Source: Ginglymostoma cirratum (taxonomy: Eukaryota). Taken from it: a stretch of DNA of 64,000 nt. Below are positions 26,180-39,003 of the stretch, piece by piece. The stretch spans positions 5,407,052-5,471,051 of the forward strand of contig JAHRHZ010000041.1 in assembly GCA_024137785.1 (NCBI GenBank). Direction: 5' to 3'. The translations under genes were made by a program, and so were the position numbers. How positions within the stretch are numbered: the stretch's first letter is position 1; the number at the start of each line of letters is the position of its first letter. The notes under the pieces were generated by a model. That model did not search any database. It saw only the letters and a program-made list of their open reading frames with translations, and was not told the origin of the DNA.

Positions 26180-26309
26180 TACGAATCTATGGATCCAAAT
26201 CCATCCTTCAAGTGAAGGATTCAGGAACCCAGCAATGGAACAGCGTCTGTTATGACAACTGGCGACCCAGCCTTGCAGAAGCAGTGTGCAAGCAGCTGGG
26301 CTACTCAAA
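26180..26309 (+). CDS. TMPRSS4: TMPRSS4-like exon 5, SRCR domain part 1 (IRIYGSKSILQVKDSGTQQWNSVCYDNWRPSLAEAVCKQLGYS)
   Basis: tttttccag| ... AA|gtaatg, 130 nt. Carries the SRCR LQV..W..VC...W....A...CxQLGY motif; preceded by a 92-nt intron. Confidence 0.95.
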
Positions 26310-26640
26310 GTAATGCAAAAAATTTTCCAATTTGCTTCTGTCCTCATGCCTGTCAGCTCAGATGTTTTAAGCCCAATCCATGTCTATCCTTTTGGCTGGA
26401 TGTTAACAAAATCCCACAACCACTTCCTTTTTTTTAAATTTGGAGAAGCTTGGGAAGGAGGATGTATCCTTGATGTGACCCAACATCACCTTTTAAACAG
26501 ATTAAAACTATAATTTTAACAAAAAAAACCGAAAGAGCCACAGATGCTGGAAATCAGAAACAAAAACAGAAATTGCTGGAAAAGCTCAGCAGGTCTGGCA
26601 GCATCTGTGGAGAGAAACCAGAGGTCATTAAAGAAGTGTT

Positions 26641-26671
26641 CTGAGGAAGGGTCACTAGGCCCGAAACATTA
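26641..26671 (+). ncRNA. Minimal hammerhead-like core (second family), sense strand in TMPRSS4 intron 5
   Basis: CUGAGGA-A-GGGUC-ACUA-GGCCC-GAAA-CAUUA. Confidence 0.5.
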
Positions 26672-27348
26672 ACTCTGATTTCACTCCACAGATGCTGCCA
26701 GACCTGCTGAGATTTTCCAGCAGTTTCTGTTCTTGTTGTCGTATCGTTTAGCCTTTTCTATTTGTGGGGCCTAACTATGCACAAATAATTAAACTCTGAA
26801 ATTTGAAATATTTTTGAAATAATAATAACATGCTGTATTATTTCAATATTTTATGTGAACATAAATGGAGGTAAATTGTTGCATGATTTTCTCTTAGTCT
26901 TTCACTATCTGCATTCCTTTTGCAAACCCTTTGTATCCGCCTCACAAAAACAGATGGAAATGCAAGTTGTATCATCAGGTTGTGCTACTGACTGTCTATC
27001 CCTTCATCTGCATCATTCCTATAGATTGTAAATAGCTGAGGCCCCAGCACTGATCCCTGTGCCTCTCCGTGAGTTATAGTTCACTAATCTGAGAGTGACC
27101 CACATATCCCAACCCTGTTAGTTAACCAATCCTCTATCCATAATAACGTATCACCCCTAACACCGTGGCCTTTTTTATTGGTTCATGGGATGTGGGCATC
27201 ACCGGCTGGGCCAGTAATTATTGCCTGTCACTAATTGCCCCTTGAACTGAGCACCTTGCTAGGGCCATTTCAGAGGGCAGTTAAGAATCAACCATATTGC
27301 AGTGGGTCTGGAGTCACATATAGGCCAGTTCTAGTAAACCAAGTGGTT

Positions 27349-27376
27349 CTGATGAAGGGTTTAGGCCCGAAACGTC
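27349..27376 (+). ncRNA. Minimal hammerhead-like core, sense strand in TMPRSS4 intron 5
   Basis: CUGAUGA-A-GGGUUUAGGCCC-GAAA-CGUC. Confidence 0.65.
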
Positions 27377-28299
27377 AAGTTTTCCTGCTCCTATGATGCT
27401 GCTTGACCTGCTGTGTTCATCCAGCCCCATGCTTGTTATCTCGGATTATTGATGCCACCATTTCACAGTGGCCATTAAGGTAGCTTTTGATATCATATTT
27501 ATTTGTGAATTCAAATTTTACCATCTGCCATGGTGGGAACTGAATCCATGTCCCCAGTGTATTAGCCTGAGGTTTTGGATTACTAGTCCAGTGACATAAC
27601 CACTATAGCACCTGCTTCCCCAACTTGTAGAGTTTTTAATGTGGCACCTTATCACATGACTTTTGGAAATCCAAATATGCTACTAGCACTTGTTCCTGTT
27701 TTAACCATCCTGCTTGTTACATTGTCAAATAAAGTTGTCAATAATAACTTCCCTTTCACAAACGAAAAATGTGAAAGAACTGCAGATGCTGGAAATAAGA
27801 AATAAAAGCAGAAATTGCTGCAAAAACTGAGCAGGTCTGACAGCATCTGCAAAGATAAATCAGAATTAGCATTTCGAGTCTGGTGACCCTTTGGGACTGT
27901 TGGCATCAGAAATGATGACTCTTTCTCAACACTGAGATTTTCCAGCAATTTCTGTTTTTGTTTCAGATTTCCACAGATGCTGCCAGTCCTGCTGAGATTT
28001 TCCCTGCAACGTCTGCTTTCGTTCCCTTTTTCAAAACCACGTTGATTCAGCATTATTGTAAAAAGACATTCAAAATGTCCTGCTACTCCATATTTGATCG
28101 TGGATTCTAGCATTGAGATATGTCGGGCTGACTGGCCTATGCATTTCCCTCCTTGAACGATGGTGTTGCATTGGTGGTTTTCCAATTTACTAGGACATTT
28201 TCAGAACCTAGTGTCCAGATCTTGAATCTGGGGAATGTTGTTTTGCCTTAGCATCTGGAAGCGCCTCAAAGAATGAGTTGCTTTGAAGATCAGTGATTT

Positions 28300-28600
28300 G
28301 GGGCAGCACGGTGGCTCAGTGGTTCGCACTGCTGCCTCACAGCACCAGGAACTCGGGTTCAGTTCTACCCTCGGGCAACTGTATGTGTAGAGTTTGCACA
28401 TTTTCTCCGGGTGCTGTGGTTTCCTCCCACAGTCCAAAGACGTGCAGGTTGTATGGATTGGCCATGCTAAATTGTTCATAGTGTTCAGGGATGTGTAGAT
28501 TAGGTGGATGATAGGGGGATGGGTCTGGGTGGAATGTTCTGAGTGTTGGTGTGGACTTGTTGGACTGAAAGGCCTGTTTCTACACTGTAGGGATTCTGTG
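28300..28600 (+). mobile_element. HE1-type V-SINE
   Basis: ggcagcacggtggctcagtggttcgcactgctgcctcacagc ... ggcctgtttctacactgtagggattct. Confidence 0.9.
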
Positions 28601-29919
28601 AACTGTGACTGTTAGACAGGCCAATACAGTAGGCAGGTTGTGCTCAGTATGATTTCATATCATTAAGCACATGAGCATGCAGTTAACAGTCACTAAAGGA
28701 CAATGGAAAGATTTTTTCAAAATGCCGCGGGATTGTAAACATCCATTCAAGACATAGGCTGAACCGAGCTGAAAGATCTATAGTTTAAACGTTACCTCGT
28801 TGCATTCTTTTTAACAAATGTTCCCTCACTGTAAGATCCTTTATACTGGGATCCAGCTGATCAAAAGATCAGGGTAGAATAGAGTTGATGATGAGTCACA
28901 GATGTTTAATGTGCATTGAAAATTATGTCAAAGTGTAACTTCATCATTTACAGGACATGACATGAGAGATTTGAAGACATTGATGAATAGCACACTGATG
29001 TCTTTGACACAGTGTATGGTAACAGTAAAAGGCCTTGCACAGTGGGTAGTGTCCCTGCCTTTGAGCCAGAAGGTCTGGGTCCAAATCCCACTCCAGGACA
29101 TGACTGCCACCAAAGGTGAGCTCCTGACATGGCCAAACAGGTTGAGCATCAACTTGTAAATCCCTCCAATACACAGCAAAGGCAGAAAAGATTCCTGATC
29201 ACACTCATGATGTAGCTGGGTGACTAATGTAGACCAGATTGGTGCCAACAGCTTGGTGGTTTGAGCCCTATTCTAACTGGAGTGAATTGGGGACTGTCTC
29301 CTTGCTTTCCAATGGTGGTGGTCATGGTATTAGGTCTGCCTTCCTTTGTCCAAAGAACTGAAGAAGCTGGCAGCAATAGTAATGGGGACATGTAAGACCT
29401 TGAGCTTTGTCGATTGAGGGTGCAATCAGAAATGAAGCGAGTCGATGGAGATTGCACAGAATTCTGCTCTGGCTTCTGGTCAGATACAGCCTACTATAAT
29501 AGGCATCACAGACTGCCAGACCTTGGGAAAGGTGACTGCATGCTGCAAACTGGCATGGGAAAACTGAGTTAGGAGGAGAGGCTATAGAAACTGGGCAGCA
29601 GGAGAGTAGAAATTCAGTCACCCAAACCCTCCAGAAGTTGGAATGGGCCATAGTTTCTGGCCTAGTCAGTGACACCTATGCCTTGTGAGTGAAGTTTTAA
29701 ACAAAAAATAGACTTGCAAAGTGCAACTCCAAGTAGTTTGTGCACTGTTTCTGGGTTTTTAATGTTGTGAACTCTGATGTCAGTCACATTGTCAAATCAC
29801 ATCAAACTGGATCTTGAATTGAGCAAATGCACCAGAGTTTCTGCCAGCAATGATGTACTGGCTATGATGTACTGGCCATGTTTGGAAGGTTTTAATGAAT
29901 GAATGTTATTACTCTGCAG

Positions 29920-30027
29920 AAGCCCTGTGGGTATTCCTGTGGACAAGAGACTCTGGCCCTCACAGAAGATAATTGACTTCAGCAAAGTCACCAAACCTGT
30001 CTCCATTCAGAACGTGTTGATGGAAGG
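29920..30027 (+). CDS. TMPRSS4: TMPRSS4-like exon 6, SRCR part 2 (KSPVGIPVDKRLWPSQKIIDFSKVTKPVSIQNVLME)
   Basis: ctctgcag| ... GG|gtgagt. Phase 2-2, open, and links exons 5 and 7. Confidence 0.85.
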
Positions 30028-30999
30028 GTGAGTACAACCCGGTGTCTGTAACCCTCAATGAACCGATGTATAGCTGAGGAGGAGTTGGTGAATTTATTTG
30101 GAATTATGTTCGCCGTTGTTTATATCAGGACGAGGTTCGACACTTAAGCGTGAGGGTGATGGGATTTTTTTACTGAAGTACCTTAGGTTCTGATTTACAA
30201 ATGTAATTTTCCTTGACACGTTCCTGAGATTAAATGCAGATTAGGGAGTGTGGGTGCTTGAGACATGATTGTTACTGAATGCACCTCTCTTAACTCTGGG
30301 AGCAAACCATTAGTCATTTAGATCTGGCGTGGGTCATGGTCTGACGGGGCTTTGAAGGACCTTTGTAGAACTGTGTAAAGAGCATTGTGCTAATTTTCTC
30401 CTTGACCTGAAGGATATTGGTTTCCCTGTATAGAACCTACTTGGTTCTCGTTCCTTTTTGAAGTAGAGAGAAATTGTAACTAAGGGAATGCCGGTAATCT
30501 GTTTTATGTAAACAAAAAAAGACCCCTCTACTTCAGAAGTTTGGTCACACTCGAACTGTTCTTTTCCTTTTGGAGAGAGGGTGAAACTGTTCACTCACCC
30601 ATGTGAGAGGGGTCGACATTGAGAATGAATATTTTGCCCTTACAGATTCTCAGTTTTGCAGTAAGATCCTCCCAGGTAAATTAATACACACTCCACTACC
30701 ACAAAAGCTTCACCTACACTGTTCGACCATAATGTCCCGTCTCATGTACCAAAACTCTGAACATATTCCTGCAGGTTTCCCACACACACACACATATATA
30801 AATATATATATTATTTTCAATCATCTTAGCATCACACTACTGCCATTAGTTACCCCGTGTGTGTGTGTGTGTTGTCAGTGCAATGCCTTCCCACACTAAC
30901 TAGAATTTTCTTCACCAGTGTTCTGACAGGACAATATTTGACTGTTAGTCCAACTGATCTTTTATCTGACTTTTTTACAATTATCAACCAAAAGCATTT

Positions 31000-31315
31000 C
31001 ATAGAATCACAGGATACCAACAGTACAGAAAGTATTTGGCCCATCAAGTTTGCAGTTACCTTCAGAGCATCTCACACCTACCCCATAACCCCACATGGGG
31101 ATTATACCATTGCTCACCCACCTAACCTACCCCATCCCTGAACACTGTGGGACAATTTAGCACGGCCAATCCACCTAACCTGCACATCTTTGGACTTCTG
31201 GAGGAAACCGGAGCACCCGGAGGAAACCCACGCAGACACGGGGAGAATGTGTGGAATTTGCACAGTTGCCCGAGGGTGGAATCAAACCTGGGTTTTTGGT
31301 GCTGTGAAGCAGTCC
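31000..31315 (-). mobile_element. HE1-type V-SINE
   Basis: Reverse V-SINE core ggaaaccggagcacccggaggaaacccacgcagacacggggagaatgt. Confidence 0.88.
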
Positions 31316-31754
31316 CAATGTCTTTAAATATCCTGATGACGTGGCTGAATTTGCTTCTAGTAGTGTTCAGAAAATTCATCAGTGGTTCTTGGGCAGCCCC
31401 AGATGATTTGAAATCCCAGTCCATTTCCTGGTCTCTTAACAATTGCTGCACTATAGCAGCGTGATGACTGTCTCTCCCCAGGTGTCCTGTGACTTGCTTC
31501 ACCTGAATGTGGTTTCTAAGATGTTTTTGAATATGTTCTAATGTTGGACCATGGAAGAACAACCTATGTGAGGTTTAGGATTGTTCCAGATTAATTTTTG
31601 ATTTTTATTTTTGTTTTTTCGCAACTAAGATGCAGTTAAAGGTAGAAGATTTCACACCAAAACTGTAAAATAGCACAGCAAAGATTGAGACCATTCAGCC
31701 CATCAATCCTCGACCAGCTCTTTTGGAGAGTGATACAGCAATACAGAGGGCTGT

Positions 31755-32575
31755 TGTGGGTTGCAACGGCACATTGACAAGATGCAGAGCTGGGCAAAGA
31801 AATGGCAGATGGAATTCAACCTGGAAAAGTGTGAAGTGATTCATTTTGGAAGGTTGAATTTGAATGCAGAATACAGGGTTAATGGCAGGATTCTTGGCAA
31901 TGTGGAGGAACAGAAGGATCTTGGGGTCCACGTCCACAGATCTCTCAAAGTTGCCACCCAAGTTGATAGGGTTGTTAAGAAGGCGTATGGTGTGTTGGCT
32001 TTCATTGGCAGGGGAGTTGAGTTTAAGAGCTGTGAGGTTATGCTGCAGCTGTATAAAACCCTGGTTAGACCACACTTGGAATATTTTGTTCAGTTCTAGT
32101 CACTTCATTATAGGAAGGTTGTGGAAGCTTTAGAGAAGGTGCAGAGGAGATTTACCAGGATGCTGCCTGGACTGGAGGACAGGTCTTAAGAGGAAAGGTT
32201 GAAGGAGCTAGGGCTTTTCACATTGGAACGAAGATGGATGAGAGGTGACTTGATAGAGTGGAGGTTGTTTCTACCAGTGGGTCAAACTAGAACTAGGGGG
32301 CACAGCCTCAATATAAGGTTGGAGCAGATTTGGGACTGAATTGAGGAGGAACGTCTTCACCCAAAACGTTGTGAATCTTTGGAATTCCCTGCCCAGTGAA
32401 GCAGTTGAGGCTACCTAGTTGATTATTTTTAAGGCAAATATAGATTTTTGATCAGGTGAAGAGTGGGGTGGCTAAGTGGAGCTGAGTCAGTGTCAAGGTC
32501 AGCCATTATCTTATTGAATGAAGGACCAGGCTTGAGCAAACATATGACCTATTCCTGTTCCTGTTTCTTATGTTC
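31755..32575 (+). mobile_element. CR1-type LINE, RT C-terminus and 3' end
   Basis: ORF 31761..32099 reads WAKKWQMEFNLEKCEVIHFG...LYKTLVRPHLEY. Confidence 0.92.
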
Positions 32576-32580
32576 CTGTG

Positions 32581-32801
32581 GAGATAGTAAGAACTGCCGA
32601 TGCTGGAGTCAGAGTTAACACAGTGTGGAGCTGGAGGAACACAGCAGGCCAGGCAGTATCAGAGGAGCAGGAAAGCTGACGTTTCGGGTTGGGACCCTTT
32701 AGAAATTTTCTGAAGAAGGGTCCTGACCCAAAACGTTAGCTTTCCTGCTCCTCTGATGCTGCCTAGCCTATTGTGTTCCTCCAGCTCCACACTGTGTTAT
32801 C
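32581..32801. mobile_element. Fold-back Penelope-terminus pair with a flanking direct repeat
   Basis: taacacagtgtggagctggaggaac ... gttcctccagctccacactgtgtta. Flanks tcttatgttcctgtg (32566-32580) and tcttatgtccctgtg (32802-32816). Confidence 0.85.
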
Positions 32802-33373
32802 TCTTATGTCCCTGTGTTCTGGTGGAGGCATATGGGCCAAATGATGGCAAATGAGACTAGATCAATATAGTGTATGTGATCAGCTCATATGAATTGGACC
32901 AAAGAGTCTGTTTAGGTGCTGTATGACTCCATGTCAAACCTGGCTCTGTTGGATTTCCTCATTGCCTCTGGTTTGATGTAAATAACTTTAAATTTCTGCC
33001 GTCTGATGGTTGACTTCCAGATGCTAGAAACAGCTCTTATTTGATCAAAGCCCTTTATGATTTTAAATGTAAATCCAGGATAACTTCAAACACAGAGCCA
33101 GTGGTAGTGTTGGTGCCAGGGTCAGATCATGCGAGTGTGTCCAAAGAATGCACCAGATGTGAAATACATTATAATCTAAAATCAGGAATAAAGATTTGAG
33201 CTTTCCTGATGAACTGTCAGTATAATTGTAACATTTAATTATATCTCCCTGGTTGCCAGATAACATCTTGATGCTAAGAGACAAAATTAAATTCAAATCT
33301 AAAATTAAGTTAAAGCTTAATTGAAAAATATTCCAACAATATTAACCATTGTTTCCTTTCGTTTTTTGTTCAG

Positions 33374-33414
33374 GCCTTGCTCTTCCGGGAACATTGTGTC
33401 TTTGGTCTGTGCAC
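33374..33414 (+). CDS. TMPRSS4: TMPRSS4-like exon 7, end of SRCR (GPCSSGNIVSLVCA)
   Basis: ttgttcag| ... C|gtaagt, 41 nt. CxSGxxVSLxC motif typical of hepsin/TMPRSS family members. Confidence 0.95.
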
Positions 33415-33822
33415 GTAAGTTCATGGATTCCTTTAAAGATTTTCATTAGTTTGTCAAAAGTGTTTTCAATTTGAAAAATTTTTGTGTTCTTCAGATAGTG
33501 TGTACTCAGGGAAGTCACTGACTGGTTTGTCGGTGGGAAGTTGCAGGGGGAGATAGGAATTCTTAGCTGAGGGAAGAATAAGCCACCACTGCAGACCCAA
33601 TAAAGAAAACCCTCTACCATCCTGGGAGTTGCATGGTGCAATGCTAATAGTTGTTGTTGAAAAAGAGCGATTAACTTCGTGTCAATGTGTCTGCACCATA
33701 CCCAGGCAATGGCTGACATCTTGGTTTATTAAAAACTGCGGATGCTGTGAATCAGAAACAAAAACAGAAATTGTTGGAAAAGCTCAGCAGATCTGGCAGC
33801 AGCTGTGGAGAGAAATCTGAGG

Positions 33823-33853
33823 TAACGTTTCGAGTCCAGCGACCCTTCCTCAG
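33823..33853 (-). ncRNA. Minimal hammerhead-like core (second family)
   Basis: Reverse complement reads CUGAGGA-A-GGGUC-GCUG-GACUC-GAAA-CGUUA. Confidence 0.6.
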
Positions 33854-34439
33854 AACTAGTTCTTGACCTGAAACGTTAAGTCCGATTTCTCGCTATTTAC
33901 AGAGCTGTTTGGTTCCTGGACTTCTATAGATCAGACATTTGGTCATTTTATGTTGTCTGATTTTAATATCATCCACATTGTCTTGCCTCCCATCCATTTT
34001 CAGAAATGTTTGTTTGATAAAGTTTTTTTTTGTCCTCATCAAGCTGTAGTAATAGTCTCTGTGTGACTGACTTCATTTCTTTCCTGTGTGTCATTTTTGT
34101 ATATTCATTCATTCCTGAAATGCTGGCGTCATTGACGGGACCAGTTTCTATTGTCTATCTGTAAATACCCTGGATAAAATCATGAGGGGCACAGATAAGG
34201 TGAATAGCCAAGGACTTTTCCACAGGATGGCCAGAAAGACGTGGTTAGATGTGGGTACAGTTACAATATTTAAAACACATTTGAACAGGTACATGAATAC
34301 GAAAGGTTAAGAGGGATATAGGTCAAATGCAGGCAAGTGGGTCTGCTTTTGTTTGGGGAAATTTGATCAGCATGGACAAGTTGGACTGAAGTTGTTTCCG
34401 TGCCGGATGATTGTACAAAGTTGTGAACTGCTGCAGCCT

Positions 34440-34920
34440 GTGTTGTTAATGCTATTCCCAGCAATGCAGTTAGGGAGAGAGCCCGCACATTTTGACCCAG
34501 TTCTGATTAAGGGACAGCAATGCATTTCCAAGTTGGGATAGTGTGTGACCTGGCTGAGAACCTGGAGGGGTGGTGGTTTTGCCCTGTGCCTGCTGACCTT
34601 GCCCCTTCAGGGGTAGAGATCGCAGGCCTGGAAGGTGGTGGTAAAAAGCATAGTGCTGTGCTGTGGTACATCCATGTAGATGTACTTGCTTCCTGCTGGT
34701 GGTGATGAAGAAAGGACATGTTGAAGCTTGTGCGAGTCAAACGGGGCTGCTTTGTCTGGATGGTGTTGACCTTCCAGTGTTGTTGGAGCTGCCGCCATCC
34801 AGGCAAGTGCGGAACATTCCATCACACTCCTGATTTGTGCCTTGTCGATGGTGAACAGGCTTTGGGGAGTCAGGAGATGAGTTAGTGCATAATTCCCAGC
34901 CTCTGATGTGTTCTTGTGGC
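34440..34920 (-). mobile_element. Non-LTR retrotransposon fragment (same family as 58020-58940)
   Basis: LLTPQSLFTIDKAQIRSVMECSALAWMAAAPTTL. Confidence 0.8.
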
Positions 34921-35157
34921 TGTTCAAAGTAAGGCAGTGGTATCTTGTCAAAATTGGACGGATCACGTTGCAGAGTCCTCTTGCGTAAAGCAGAACCAAT
35001 TAACTTGAGTCAATTAGATGTATTTTTGTTCTTGTTGTTTAACATTAATCAATGATGAGGGAAGGGACATCTGGATCAAAGGGTTTTCCTGTTCTTACAG
35101 TTTCTGGTGTTCCAAAGAGTACTTTTAGATTATGATTTTCTTGGGATTGTGTTCTGA

Positions 35158-35373
<216 letters not shown>

Positions 35374-35479
35374 TAAGTGTGTAAGTAACTATCACCCTGC
35401 AACCATCTCCCTCCCCCACCCCCCTCCTTCCCACTTCACCCCCAACCAACATCTTCTATCACCCATCAATTATTCTGTC

Positions 35480-36140
35480 TACACCCGTCCCCATCAAACA
35501 CTCCCAGGACAGGGACAGCACAGGGTTAGATACAGAGTAAAGCTTCCTCTCCACTGTCTCCCATCAAACACTCCCAGGGCAGGGACAGCACAGGGTTAGA
35601 TACAGAGTAAAGCTTCCTCTCCACTGTCTCCCATCAAACACTCCCAGGGCAGGGACAGCACAGGGTTAAATACAGAGTAAAGCTCCCTCTCCACTGTCCC
35701 CCATCAAACACTCCCAGGGCAGGGACAGCACAGGGTTAGATACAGAGTAAAGCTCCCTCTCCACTGTCTCCCATCAAACACTCCCAGGGCAGGGACAGCA
35801 CAAGGCTAGATTCAAAGTAAAGCTTTCTGCTGTCCTAAACTGAAAGTAAAGCCCACTCCACATTATCCCATCACACACTTCCAGGGTAGGAACAGCGTGG
35901 GGTTATTTGCAGAGTAAAGCTGTCTCTACACTGACCACATCAAACACACCCAGGGCAGGGAGAGAAAGGCGTTAGAGAAAGTAGAGGAAAGCTCCCATAC
36001 GTCTTTTTCCAAACAGAAGGTAAAGTTTCTCCTACTCCTTTTCTAAACAGAAAGTAAAGCTCCCTCCGCATCGTCCTCATTGAAAGCTCCCAGGGCACGG
36101 GCAACACAGGGTTAGACACTAAATAAGGGTCCCACTGCAC
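35480..36140. repeat. 70-bp minisatellite (about 5 good units plus degenerate units) in TMPRSS4 intron 8
   Basis: ccatcaaaca recurs at 35491, 35561, 35631, 35701 and 35771. Confidence 0.95.
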
Positions 36141-36187
36141 TGCTTTTTGTTTTGGAATGATTTTCTGAATGGAGTTGTTTATTTCAG

Positions 36188-36357
36188 GGAGTATAATCAG
36201 ATTGCAAACTGGAGAGTGTTTGCTGGCAGTGACGTTCTGTACTCTGGGGGAAGCACCTTCTCTGTTCTGAAAGTTGTCATAAACGCCAAGTACAACCCAG
36301 TGACCAGTGACTATGACATAGCCCTCATTAAAGTGAGATCACCTTTACCGTACACAG
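36188..36357 (+). CDS. TMPRSS4: TMPRSS4-like exon 9, catalytic Asp (EEYNQIANWRVFAGSD...SDYDIALIKVRSPLPYT)
   Basis: atttcag| ... G|gtgagg. Contains the DIAL motif. Confidence 0.97.
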
Positions 36358-37495
36358 GTGAGGCAAGTACAAAACCAAGTGCTGCTCATTCATGAGTTGT
36401 GTTATCGCATTGTTAAATGTTAAATACCACTCCTTCCTTTCTCAGGTGAGACCTTCAAACCGCTTTCTCGAGGCAGCTTTCCACAGCTTGCCTCTTACTG
36501 ACCTGCTGGCACGTTTGTCCAGAGAGACTGGCACCAACCCCTTTACCACTGTACAATCCCACTGTCACCTGCCCCCTTGCAGGGTTACTGAGCCACCACC
36601 AGGTTGCCCCTCACAGAGGCACGGCTATACAGCAGTGGTACATCGGTTATTTCAGGGTATGCCAGGAAGATATTCAACTGTGGGAGCATCACAATCCACC
36701 TTAATCCTGATCTCGGTCTGTGAGCATGAACAGGGTTTCCAGGTAATCACTTCCTGGGAGATGTGGCAGTGATCAGTGAGGGATGGATCCAGTTGTAGGA
36801 TTACTAACTGAGATCAGCCAAGGCTACAGACAGAATCTTTGGCCACTCTGTAGTGGCCTGGGCTATTAATCCCAAAACTAAATGGGAACAAGATAGCTGT
36901 TAATGTAGGAGGTTCACTCTACAGGGAATGGAGCCTTAGTCACAAGTTTTAGTTAGTTAGTTAATTTCCCCCATTCTTTCCCCAGTGCTGTTCTCTTGAC
37001 TATTTTAGATGCTGATCATATCAGACTGGGGAACACTTAGGTAACAATACTGTTCAAGCAGTAACCCAGAAACCTGCAGCAATGCTCTGGAGAGAAGATT
37101 TCAAATCCCACCTCTGGATTAACCTGCACTAGTCTCAGTAAAAACCCATCTAGTTCACGAATGCCCTGTGGAGATGTCAGTCTGCCATCTTTACCTGGTC
37201 TGGCCTACATGTGACTCCAGGTCCTGAACTAACCTCCCTCCCTAAAAGGCTAAGCAAGCCAGTTGGAGGTGAGGGTGATTACTCACCACTTCAGAGGCAG
37301 TTCACGATGGGTATACCCAATGTCAGAGGCTCTTACCTTTCTCACGCTGAATTTAAAAAGCTGGTTTCTTTAACCCAGACCAAATTTCTCCTGTTGGAGA
37401 TAAGATAATATTCCAGGATTCCCAATTGTTGATGGCATTAGGAATAATGTTTCTTTCTATTGACTCAGTTTTTTTCTCTCTGTTTCTCGGTCTAG

Positions 37496-37591
37496 ATTAC
37501 ATTCGTCCTGTTTGTTTACCTAACTACGCTTCTCCAGTTCCACACAAAATTTTGGCATGGGTCACTGGCTGGGGCTACACTAAAGAATTTG
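37496..37591 (+). CDS. TMPRSS4: TMPRSS4-like exon 10 (DYIRPVCLPNYASPVPHKILAWVTGWGYTKEF)
   Basis: ggtctag| ... G|gtaatt. Contains the PVCLP and GWG motifs. Confidence 0.97.
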
Positions 37592-38099
37592 GTAATTATC
37601 ACAATGGATATGAAATGAGATCATCATTTTGAAGATGGCTGAAAAGAAAGAGGGGTTTCTCCATATTGTTTTCCAGGGGCACAGGGTTTCCTGTCTTTGT
37701 GGGAACTCTTTGGTTGTGGAGAGAGTCGGAGTAAAATTTAAATTCCCGTTGTTACCTCTACATCCTAGAAATCTCCAGTTGGTCTCGCTAACAGATTTTG
37801 GGGTTCTGTTTTAGGATTTATCAAACATTGAGGAAGTCAGGAATTACAGTATTTTTTTTCCCCCCAAATAGTGGCATTGCCAGATTTGATTGGGCCTACT
37901 CTGGGTGGCTACATCATAGGATCATTCCCCTCCAGTTCTCCCACCCCACCCCCCTAACAACCATGCTGCATCTGTGACCAGCTGCCTGAGAAATACCAAC
38001 TTACATTTGTTTAGCACCTTTTTTTTACCCCAGTCATAGGTCCCAAGGCACTCCACAACAGTACTGTCAGAAAGTCTGACTCCAGAAACACATGAGATT

Positions 38100-38405
38100 G
38101 GGTGGCACGGTGGCTCAGTGGTTAGCACTGTAGCCTCACAGCGCCAGAGACCTGGGTTCAATTCCAACCCCAGGTGACTGTCTGTGCAGACTTTGCACAT
38201 TCTCCCTGTGTCTGCATGGGTTTGCTCTGGTTTCTTCCCAGAGTCTAAAGATGTGCAGGCTAGGTGGATTGGCCATGCTAAATTGCCCATAATGTTCATG
38301 GGTGTGTGGGTTATCGGGGGATGGGTCTGGGTGGGATGCTCCAAGGGTTGGTGTGGACTTTTTGGGCCAAAGGGCCTGTTTCCACACTGTAGGGATTCTA
38401 GTTCT
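38100..38405 (+). mobile_element. HE1-type V-SINE
   Basis: Head ggcacggtggctcagtggttagcactg, V-domain and tail all present. Confidence 0.92.
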
Positions 38406-38860
38406 AGGAGGCTGGTCAAGGATTGGGTTCTAAGGAGAAGCGGAGACAGAGGTGCAGGAGTTTCAGGAAGGAATTCTGCAGCTTGGGTTGCAACAGTTGA
38501 AGGAATGGATGTCAGTGGTGGGACGAGGAACTCCGGGATATGCAAGAGGCCGAATGGGGAGAGCGTAGTCCTTTTGAATTGCTTTGACAACTCTTCATGT
38601 GTTGCAAAAACTCTCTTCACGTGAAGGCCAATTAGTAGTCTGCAGGCCCCTACTAACTGGGGTGTGATGTTAAACAAAATATTGACTGGGATAAATAGTG
38701 ACAGGAGGTTGGAGCAGACCCACCTGCTGTTGGAGATGTTGCTTTTGGACCTGAGAATGCTGAACAAGTGACAGCTAAAGTTTTAACTGAATTCTTTCAG
38801 CACTGATCAAACTGTACCGCCTGGCTATCGTCTGACTTTGTTTTCTGTTGTATTGAATAG

Positions 38861-39003
38861 GTCAAGTGTCAACAGTCCTTCAACAGGCCAATGTATCGGT
38901 GATCGGACGGGAGACTTGCAACAGTCTGCAGTTCTACGGTGGGCAGATCACTAAGCAAATGCTGTGTGCAGGCTACCAGGCTGGCAAAGTGGATGCATGC
39001 CAG
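38861..39003 (+). CDS. TMPRSS4: TMPRSS4-like exon 11 (GQVSTVLQQANVSVIGRETCNSLQFYGGQITKQMLCAGYQAGKVDACQ)
   Basis: tgaatag| ... CAG|gtacaa. Contains MLCAG and the S1-pocket Asp in DACQ. Confidence 0.97.

Noticed and set aside
25742-26347. 201-aa minus-strand ORF
   Set aside because: It is the antisense shadow of TMPRSS4 exons 4-5 and has no recognisable motif.
35480-36140. Regularly spaced repeats resembling a CRISPR array
   Set aside because: The units are contiguous with no unique spacers, there are no cas genes, and the context is a vertebrate intron.
38100-38175. tRNA-like sequences as functional tRNA genes
   Set aside because: They are SINE heads continuous with V-SINE or other SINE bodies.
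37922-38767. Longest ORF in the track (281 aa, - strand)
   Set aside because: It runs antisense through an HE1 SINE and other intronic repeat sequence, with no domain motif.
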